This document shows, in pieces, positions 53,901 to 64,000 of a stretch of DNA of 64,000 bases. Origin of the DNA: Camelus dromedarius. Lineage: Eukaryota. Numbering within the stretch: the stretch's first letter is position 1; each line of letters begins with the position of its first letter. Under the pieces are notes generated by a model that worked only from the letters and a program-made list of their open reading frames with translations, had not been told where the DNA came from and ran no database searches. The stretch spans positions 85,128,001-85,192,000 of the forward strand of contig NC_087437.1 of the NCBI RefSeq assembly GCF_036321535.1, read 5' to 3'. The position numbers and the translations under genes are program-made.

Positions 53901-56900
53901 AACCTCTTACCTAAGAAAGTATTTCTACTTATCTATTAGTTTAACATCAATCTTTTATGAAAATAAGAATTTTTACCAGTGATCGCCAGTGCTTTGTCAG
54001 TTAAGAAGAGAAAAGTTAAGATGTATTTTTATTCAGATTATTCAGGAATCATATATTAATACTGTATGGGAGTCCTCCCTCAGATTCATAAATAAAAGTT
54101 CAAATTTTTAACATACTAAAGTTAATCAAGCCATTAATTGAAATGCTCATGGTCAGAATGAAGCCTCTTGGTTTCACAGCATACTTATTTTAGAGTCGCT
54201 TTTATCTATCAACAAAAATAAACATCCAAATTATTTCTGCTAATCATTCCTATAACAAACTCATTGTAAAAGATTAGCTTGTTCATTTCTTCTATCAAGT
54301 TTAAAAGATCAATTCAAAGAGGTATCGTAAGTGGCAAGTGGGAGCGTAATTTCAGATGTAATGACAACTGAGATTATTAGAAATTAGGTTTTGTAGATAA
54401 ACTTGTCAAGGTGTAAACATAGCTAATATTGCATGGTTTTGTGCTAACATGAAATATTTATTGTCAAGGGATAGATTTTCTTTTTCTTTTTGCTTTATAT
54501 AGTTTTCTAATACTCTAGTCTTTGAGTAAGTATTATATGCACATTCTCAGCCATGGTTTTGATATTGAGTTCACTACAGTTATAACAGAAGTCTAGGGCA
54601 TAATAATAAACAAAGGAGACTATGACACAGATAGTGGAGAAATTCAGTGAAATTTTGAAGGCCTACTCTAGTATGGTGAATGCCAAACCTCTGTACTGGG
54701 CAAACAGAATTTTATCCACATTGCACAGAACAAGATCTAACTGTTCCGTAGTGCTTTTCCTGTGCCCACTTATGGTCTATGTGCTTTCAGATAGAAATTC
54801 ACCATTATAATCGTATTCACTTTTAAAATGAGAGGAGAAGTAACTTTTTTTTTTTTTTCCAGAGAAATGAATTCACACAGGGTTAGACAAAGTAAATGGT
54901 AGAATTAAGGATTTGAAGAAGCTGGAGTCCATCTTGAGAAATTGTGCTCTCACATCTTAAGCCACATTCTCCCTCCAATCACATGATATGGGTTAAGTTA
55001 ATAAAAAGAGAACAATGTCTTCAAAAACCTTAATAATTCCATTTGATAATAAACTTTTTAAATGCAATTTTTTGAGTAGAAAATGAAAGAAAATCAAATT
55101 ATAACTCTGATAAAACAACAATAATGAATTACTGTTAACCTAACTCTCCAAAGGAAAATCAATGCTTTGAATTTTAACGGTGAATATTAATATATATTCT
55201 AAATAGTCATTGAATATTTCAATACATTTTAATGTCATTTGAGAGAGTATATTTTATAGATTAGTATCATTCAAATAAATTTCAAATGGTTAAAAATTCA
55301 CATTGTTTTCATTTTTCATTTAACATATAACCTATTGATAAAACTCTACTTTTGGCTAGTAGCTCATCATATTGTAAAACAATGAAAAAAAGCAGTGTTT
55401 TGATGAGCACTACTGTTGTGATGATAATGAGACTTGGACCATTGATCATACCATTTTGGTAACATTTAATACAGAATTCAAACCTATAGGAAGGCTTGTA
55501 TAGAAGAGAATTTCTCTCTCCCTTTACACCTGCCATTGCAGTTCAGTTTTACACACACACACACACGTATTTACCTAGTTTTCCCATATTTTTATCTATA
55601 ATATCTTATTTATTTTTAAGTTGTTAATATATATTTGTAAGTAATTTATTCACAATAATTTGGGAGATTGTGTGGAGAATGCAGTTTTTCCAAGCCCTCC
55701 TATTTAATAACTCTATTGCTATTGTGCAGTATATAATAAGAACTATATATATTAATCAATCTGCAAGAAAAACATCGATTTAATAAAGTTCAGGGTGGTG
55801 TTGTCTCTCTTGTTGATTCACCACAGATTCATTAACTAAATTGGCATGTGAAAGTGGCAACTTTTTTGTTCCCACTGATTCAATGATCCCAAACTTAACA
55901 CTGGCAATTTTATTATTATCATTATTGACCTTAGCCATGAATATTCTGAAAATGCAAGCTAATTTTTAAAGTCTAATGAAAATTAGTCAATATTAGATTT
56001 ATATAATGCTGATAATGCAAATATTAATATTTTACATTTTATAAAATTTCTATTAACTTTCTAAATTTCATAAACATATGAAATTATTTTATAGTATATA
56101 TAAAATCTGTTGAAACAAAATGTAAACATAGAACAAAGCTAGAAAAGAAAAAAACTAGAAAAATGGAGGATGGGCATAAAGGTCTTTTTTTAACTGAAAA
56201 AACTCAGAGAAAATTAGATTTATATAAATATGTAGCAATTTTATAAACTTATTTTCTAGAGTTTGATTATATTGCATTATGTTTTCAAGGAAAATCTTTT
56301 CTAGTTTGACCTCTATTAAATTTCAAAGCATCCAATTATTTTCAGTGGTATCATTGTTTTCTCTTCCTATGACTTTGTCTTTTTTCATGCCCTCCATTCT
56401 TTACAAGGTTTCTTAAACTGTTATATAGTTACAAAATATCATTAAGTGGATGAAGAATTGGAGTAGATTATCTCACTTCCCCTTAGTGACCACAGTCCTA
56501 TACTGAACTGATATTTGGTTTGATATAGAGCTCTCAGTCTATAGTTATATTCACATTGTGGATAGACAGCTTTCACTTCCCTGAGAATAAGTGAAATTGC
56601 TACTGCAGGAATCAGATGTCAAAAGAAATTGTTCATATCAAACCAGTGTGAGGAAAGCTAAAATGTCTTCTACTAGAAAAATACAGATGGAAAATTTAAT
56701 CACTTTATTCTGTGTGACAGAAGCATGAGGAGTAGGGGGAAAGGGGAGTACAGATTATGTGACCCATGGAACCAAAAGAGAGAGAGGAATGCATTGGTGG
56801 ATCAAGAAACATGCACTGTCTTCTGAGTCCTCTGGTCTGCAGATATCTCGTCCACTCAATTACGAAACATGTTTTTGGCACACGGTACTATGGTCTATAT

Positions 56901-58406
56901 CTTGGGAGCTCATGGTTTTAGATGTCCCCAAAAATGCAGCATGGAATAAACATTCCTCAACTTGGGACTCCCTCCTCTTCCTACTCACATTTCCTCTTTG
57001 CATCTTTGGGAATTTAATGTAGGAAAAGGAAGGCTTGACACACACTTCTGATTACCTTTGGTATTCTGTACTTTCCCCATACATCCTTAGCCTGGAAAAA
57101 CAGGCTTTCCTTATTCTCATCCTCTCTAGCCACTGGATACTAATGATTCCTATGTAATAGCTGATCTTTACCTTATTGAAGAAAAGCTAGGATTTAAGTT
57201 GTTCAAATTTGACACTTGATGTGGAAGCCAATGACCCAAGGGATAAGGAATTAAAAAGGATTAAACATAATAGCTTTAACATGCCAAAATATCATTTCCG
57301 TTCATGTACAGCCAGATGCATTTCTTAGAGATTGAAGCTTCACAGGAGGTTGAAGTTTTCTTGCTTCAAGTAACTACCAGTACTGAGACCAGCCAAGGCA
57401 TATGGAGTAGAGAGAAGTGTAGTTGCACAGTAAGGAGGAGATGTTTGTGCAAGTCCTGGTATTTTCTAGGAAGGAGTTTCGACTTTACATAATTTTGAGC
57501 AAGTTAGTTAATGTTCCAATTTGTTCTCACTTCCCATATGGGAAATATACTATAGAGTTTGGACAGAGGTTATGTTAATAATTTAGTTCAGAGAACACAA
57601 TGAAAAGAAAACAGTACACTAGACAAATTGGATAATACTATAGGTCATTGGAAGTTGTGGTAATTTTTCTAACACGTATTTTGGTAAAGAAGACATATTT
57701 TGGAATTGTACGTTTATCGTGGTGGAAGGAAAGTAAAGAAGAATTGCTCCAATATTTTTGCCCTAAGCAATGAACCAATGGTAGTGTCAGTTGATTTGGG
57801 GTGAAGATGAAATGAATACGTATTAAGACACATATGTCTCTGGCATTCAAGTAGAGATACCAATTTATATAACTAGATCGTGAAAGAATTACAAAAGCTT
57901 CTAAAGTTATTTCTCTCTTAGGAAAGACTTAGATACATAATGGAAACTTGACTACTGACCTCAATTCTCATCTTAACCCTTAGTGGCACAGTGTAATCAG
58001 TTGAAAAATAAGTGTGAAACAATTGATTTTCTTTTTATTAGTAGGTTATTTTCATAAAAACCTATCTTTATTTTTACTGAGAAACATTTATGTTTGTAGT
58101 CATATTTGCATTTATTTTAAAAGGGATAACCCTCATCAGCAAGATGCCAAATGCCAAAAAAAAATCTATAAACCTATTTGGTATCATTTTCAATGGCTTT
58201 TACTGGTATTTTTGAAGGCCAAAAATCACAAAATTAATAAATCAAGCTATTTGGTAAGGCTAGGTTGTTTCTTAAACATATACAAGAAGTAATTGGATAA
58301 TGGAAGAGAGGAATAATACAGTGGTTGAACTGTACCATAAAAATCCTCTCAGCATAAGATACACACATATACAATACAGACAAACACAGGTATATATACA
58401 TACCTA

Positions 58407-59330
58407 TGTTTATTAATTTATTATTATTCAGGGACAGGTAAGGCCAGCAGATATGATGATTGCTATTAGAAAGATAGTTTGTTACTCTCAGTCTCCAAGA
58501 GGAGGGGGACATCACATCATGCAGGGCCACATGGAGAGCAGCACCAGGACGGGGCAGGAGACAGAGGGAGCAAGTAGAAACCATGGACAAGAGCTTTTAT
58601 TATGGTTTCCACTGGAAAGACAAGGGGGAGGCAGGGGAGGCAGACATAGGACTGCCTGCTTTTGAATAATGTCAGTGGGTTCTGAGGTTTAGAGACTGTC
58701 TTGAGTTATCTGGTACCTGACTGGGGGTCATGTTAGAGCGAAAGATGTAATAGGGAAAAACAAATCTGACTCCATCTGGATGTTTCTTCTACTTTAACCT
58801 TTGTATTCTATTGCTTTTGCTACAAGTTAATCACTAAAGGGATGTTGCTTATAAGCTTAAATTATACAGAACAGCCCATCTGTGGGAACCCTGCCTCCTG
58901 AGTAATGAGCATTAAGCTAAAATACCTTTGTTTAGCTCACAGGAAACATTCTGACCAGGCCCACCTGTAAACGACTGCAGGAAGAAACTAACACATCCCC
59001 TCAGGAGGCTGACTAGAACCAGGAAATGTTTGACTTTACTCCCTCCCCTTTTAGTATGAAAGAATCATGAATTCTAACTCAGGCAAGATAGTTCCCTAGG
59101 ACCTTAATTCTCCATCTTCTCAATGTGCTGGCTTTCCGAATAAAGTCACTGTTCCTTGCCCCAACAACTTATCTCTCGTTCTATTGGCCTGTTGTGCAGT
59201 GAGCGTATGAGCTTGGGCTAGGTAACAGAGATAATGGCTCAACCTGTGAGAACTCCAGAAAAGAGGTAACTGGCTGGTTTGTGCTCTGGATTGGTTGGTT
59301 TGCATGTCAAAGACATGCATCCAAGAGAGT
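58407..59330 (-). mobile_element. MER21-like LTR (outer element)
   Basis: aaagatagtttgttactctcagt...gcagggccacatggag...cttttattatggtttcc; resumes after the nested LTR with ctggattggttggtttgcatg. Confidence 0.7.
58746..59227 (+). mobile_element. Nested ERV1-like solo LTR, 482 bp
   Basis: TGTAA...TAACA ends, tctgactccat motif, AATAAA at ~59139, imperfect 4-bp TSD aaga/gaga. Confidence 0.85.
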
Positions 59331-61489
59331 CCTTTGGCTTCCTTAAATTTATCTTTTAATCAAAATATGCTTTCTTAGAATAAAGGTTTTTTAAAAATTT
59401 CCTTCCTCGTCAGCTGCCACAGGGAGGCAGGCATTCAAGATAAACTCTTTTGATTAATGAATAGCAGTGGTAACAAGACCATTTAAATATAGCCACCTAT
59501 CCAATTGTGTCTACAGTATTATTACATGAATTTAGATTATATTAGCAAAAAATAACACTCACTTGAAAAATGAGATAAGTAGTCATCAAAAAAATACTGT
59601 GTTTGGAGTGGGAAAATACAATTGTAGGATAAGAATAATTGGTGTATATGTACAAGATATGAACACATTTCCTTTTTAAAAGATTTTTTAAAATTTTTTC
59701 TCCAGAACATTCATTTAAGAGTTTTTAAAGAATTCTGAAACCTAAGGAAATTAGCACAAACAAAACTTCTTAAGTCTTCGAAAGTCTGGAAATATTTTGA
59801 TTGTAAACCATTACTAGAGTTTTGGTTGCAAGACTCAGTCTTGTTACCTTCCGGATGCCTCTTGGTTTCCATTCACCAAGTTGGCAGAGAAGAGTGAGCT
59901 TCCTCACTAACTAAAATTGAAATAGTATTAGAGTTCTACCTGAATGCTCAAATATATTTCCAATTATAATCCTACAGATAAAATGATAAAGTATCCTTCT
60001 GTTTTCTAATATAGTAAAATACTCTTAAAAGATCTAATCAAGACAACAGTGTTTGAATTAGTGATTCAGAAACTGTGTGTGTGTGCTTTCCTTTCTATTT
60101 TTAAAAACTGTATTTTAAATAAATTTATCGTGAACGTTTACAAGATCCAGTGTTAATGGTATTTGTTTTAATGTAAATGCCGGGCAAGAAACTAAAACAT
60201 ATTATTAGAATAGTCATCACAAACTCATTTAAAAACAACACTTTTCATTTCTCTAGTTTAAATTGGCTTTTAAACATTTCCCCTACAAAAAAATGACTTA
60301 TGCAAATATTAAAATAACAGTCGCTGAAAGATAAAATGAAACTTGGACTAAAAAGGTCACAAAGTTTAATTGAAAATAAGAAAGCTACTTTGAAATTATG
60401 TATTTTAAAATATGCTAAAATCAATTGGAATCCTAAGAAAATTTTCAAATTAATTTTGCAAAGTCCAAGAAGTTGAAGTAAGGTAAGTAAGAGCAATGCT
60501 ACCCTCAAATTCCAAGCCTGTTAATTTTCTTCCCTAGACCAGGGATAACAAATATATTTTAAATCAATGCCAACTCTAATCCACTGGTACTTTCTGCCAA
60601 GTATGCTGAATTGAAAGATTTCCAGATCTCTGTGATCTAAGGGAAAGTGTGCTGTGATTGATGAAGGCTTTGCCATGGGTTTGGGCCAGGAATGGTTCTA
60701 GACCCACCATCTATTTGCCATTCCTGCATTAACAAAAGCCTGATGGAAGAGCCAAGAGAGGCGAGAGACACAAAATCAGTAACGCAGGAGATGCTGAGAG
60801 GAGTGACGTTACTGAACATTTTTTGCCCCTTCATGGGGTGATGATTACTGAAAAGCTAAACTGATACTGGGATAATATTAAGTCTTTTAAAATACACTAC
60901 TAGTTACCAGAGACTGTCACTCATTAGACACACAAAGATGAGTAACTTGCTCTCTGACAATCAGGAGATTACAAGTGGTAGAAACAGTCAGTCAGTAAAC
61001 AGATCATCACAATGAGACCAGGGGCTTGAAACAGAACGTGTGCATTTCTTGCTCATGTGGTTGCTTGAGATCTCCAGAATCTGCAGGGCTTCTCACAGCT
61101 CTACTCTATATAGCTTCTACATTCTGGAATAAAATCAAAATGATCAACCCTGGAGACCTGGTGAAACTGCCAATGGCTGGGAAAGTTTTTGCCCAGAATT
61201 GGCAGACTATCAGTTCTGCTCTCATTTCCTTGGCCAAAACAACACGTCATAAACCCAGTTTGTGATGTTAATGTAGCAAAGCAATACACTCCTCCCAGAG
61301 AAGGAAATGAATTCACACGGCAAGAATGAGGAATATATACATGGAACAGGCAGGGTCAGGCAGTTCATTATCAGTGAGGCCAATGACGGAGTATAACAGT
61401 GTAATTAATCTACCAGTGTAAATACCGAGTTGATTGCTCGAGGCCTCATTTCACCCTCCAACAGCTAATATTATAATGAACATCACAAT

Positions 61490-61850
61490 ATATGTTTCTT
61501 CATGGGCTTGTTTCCAAATTTTACTGGGCTCTAGACCCCGGGGTAGAATACTGTAGTCTGATTTTGGTCACGTCATCTTATACCAAGATTCGAAATGACA
61601 AGGCACGAGGTTTCTACTTCCCCACATCTCCGTTGGCTTTTTCCAGCTTTCTGAAATTTAATAGTTTAATAGTGTGAAGTGGCGTCTCACATTTTTAAAC
61701 TGCCTGTCCCTAACTTTGTCAGTTTTGCAATTGGTTTTTTTGTCCTTTTTCAGCTAGTTAGCAGAAGTTCCTTCATATTATAAATGTTCAACATTGTCAC
61801 TTTCAGACACTGTAATTGTCTTCAAGTGCTGTTTGTTAACCTTATCCATA
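61490..61850 (-). mobile_element. Very old L1 (L1ME-like) fragment
   Basis: ttccccacatctcc...agtgtgaagtggcgtctca...agaagttccttcatatta are reversed ORF2 C-terminal motifs. Confidence 0.45.
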
Positions 61851-63937
61851 ACCATATCCTTTACCTCATCCTCACGTCCAGTCAGCCACTGAGGACGGTT
61901 CACTTTGTATCACCCCACATCTCAAATCACTTTCTTCCATCCATACCTCTCCCTGTATGTTAATTAAGTTGAGAATCATTTATTGCTGGACCACTATGAT
62001 AAATCCTTATATTTTTCCCCACCGATTCATACATCCTTGATGTATTTTTCATGATACAATCAGAGTAATGGCCCTGTAATTAAAAACATAATAGTAATAG
62101 TAACAACAAAAACGACAATCATTTATTTAGTGTCTACTGTTTACCAAACACTATTTTAGGTTCTCTGCAGATATTTACTAGTGTGATGTTCAAAACCGTC
62201 CTGTGAGTTTTGTAACATTAAGACTCGCATTAATATTTCAGTTGCATACACTCAGTTTGGGGGTAGTGGAGCAAAGTGATTAGGACTTAGGACTCTAGCA
62301 CCAGACGGCTAGATACCACTGATTATTTTTGTGCCTGTCAAACTCTAATTCTGCTCACGTCATCCCACAAGTTAAAAAGGATTCACATTTTGGCTTTACT
62401 GACTGGGAGTTCCAAATATTGCCTTTGCTTGTATTCCAACCTCAGCCTTTTGCCTCTCTTCCTGTTTCTGAAAATCTTTGTTGAGGGTACTTTCTCCTGG
62501 CTTATGTTCTGTGTTTGTTGCCCTTTCTTCCTGGAATTCCCCCTTCTTTCCCACGTCCGTCTGGCCCAGGCTTACTTCACATTGAGACATCACAGATGTC
62601 ACTCTCTCTGGGGAACTTCCCTCTGTACACAGTCGGTACTCATCTTGAGTATCTTTGTAGTATTTGGAATTGCCTTACCATAGAGTGGGTTTTAATGATG
62701 ACTGCTTTCCTTTCTAAGGCTTTAAGCTTTACAAAGATAAAGATCCTGTTTTTTTATTCACCTGTGATCCCCAAACTAATATTGTTACATAGCAGGCAAT
62801 CCAGAAAATACCATTATGGAAGAAAAAAAGGAAAAGAAGGGAAGATATATTTAAATATAAACACAACTAATATCTAAAGTTATATAAGTGATTTGAAGTT
62901 ACATGGAAACATTCCATCAAGTAAAAGAGGGTTCTGAAGACAATAACATAACCAGTAACAACATGCACAAATGAGGAAAAGGGGTGGATACCAGCGTCAG
63001 GGTAGGAACATGGCCTGCTGCTCAAACAGGCTTTCTGTTTGAGAACTCAGGCCAGAGTCTAGTAGCAGCACGGATTGTGTCTTTCATGTTGTTTGTCTGA
63101 CCTGGTTAAAAGACATCTGTCATGTGTGAGCTGGCCAAAGGACATCAGCATATGCCGTTTTCAAATTGGGGATAGACGGCCAGGCTCAGTCCTGGTTGCT
63201 CGCCCTTGCCAACATTCTGTGAAATGCATACGTACTTCTCTTTGAACTTGCCAGTCTCCAGCCTGCTGTAAGCCAGAGACTGAACAGATACTACCTGGAT
63301 CTCTACTAGGCCTTGCTGCCTGTCGTATGTTAGGTCGTCTTATCTTCTTTTCACATCTCTACCAACAGCAGAGTGCCAAACAACACAAACAACCCTGGAT
63401 TTACTGGTTGTACTTTAATAATCTGCTTGCTACTTTCAAACAACTATATTCAAAATGGAATGATTTATCTCCAAGCTTGACATAGATTTGATAAAAATTA
63501 GAAAAAAAAGTTTTGTGGATTTGTGTCAACTGGTTAAATCAATTTTGTTTTTTAAGCTGTGGTTCTTTCTTGGAGAAAATGTAATGAAAAAATGAGTCTG
63601 TTATAGTTAAGAAAACACTGTTCAAGTAGTAAAAGAAATGTCTGTCTGTCCTTTTCTCCAGACAGCTTCAGGATTTACTCATTTTAGTCGTATGGGGCTG
63701 ACCAGCCCCATATCCAGCTGTTACCCTAAATATGCTGCAAATGGCAATGAGGAAAAGAAGGAAAGGAAGTTAAATCCACTTGGCCACATATTCAGCAGCC
63801 GATAACATCCTATCAGTCCATGAATCTCCTACCTGTTCTGGTTGGAAGATAAAATTAATTGTCCACAAAAGGAAATTTTCCATTAACTCATTCAGAAACT
63901 TGTGATTCATACAATTTGACATAAAATTTTAGGCTAT

Positions 63938-64000
63938 CTTGTTTGTTTTCTTTTTTTCAATTTTATTGAGATATAATTGACATATAACATTGTATAAGTT
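63938..64000 (-). mobile_element. L1MA/MB-type 3' end, continues past the window edge
   Basis: T-rich tail then ttttattgagatataattgacatataacattgtataagtt. Confidence 0.8.

Noticed and set aside
57531..57544. Perfect 14-bp palindrome ttcccatatgggaa (also a near-palindrome at 28339-28359)
   Set aside because: A few palindromes of this size are expected by chance in 64 kb.
63061..63081. REST/NRSE-like motif agtagcagcacggattgtgtc
   Set aside because: Only 13 of 21 positions match the consensus, with mismatches in the core.

Overview
AT-rich, CpG-depleted mammalian non-coding DNA (intergenic or deep intronic), most likely from a camelid, because it carries a tRNA-derived Vic-1-type SINE and cetartiodactyl-type L1 ends. 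I cannot support any host protein-coding gene, RNA gene or CRISPR array. The only ORFs I recognise are decayed L1 ORF2 pieces. The window is a record of transposable elements: several L1s, solo ERV LTRs (three nested inside other elements), L2, MIR, hAT MER elements and microsatellites. I did not find a convincing new multi-gene system. The most interesting observations are (1) a TSD-flanked L1 whose first ~110 nt are joined directly to the middle of the RT domain through a 5-nt microhomology, (2) an orphan L1 5'-UTR fragment with an A-rich tail, (3) a 68-bp templated insertion copied from 1.25 kb upstream into an LTR, (4) an apparently young solo LTR with a perfect 6-bp TSD, and (5) a 2.6-kb CpG-enriched tract that also runs through old repeats. 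Repeat family names come from my recall of consensus sequences, and boundaries without a TSD are approximate.
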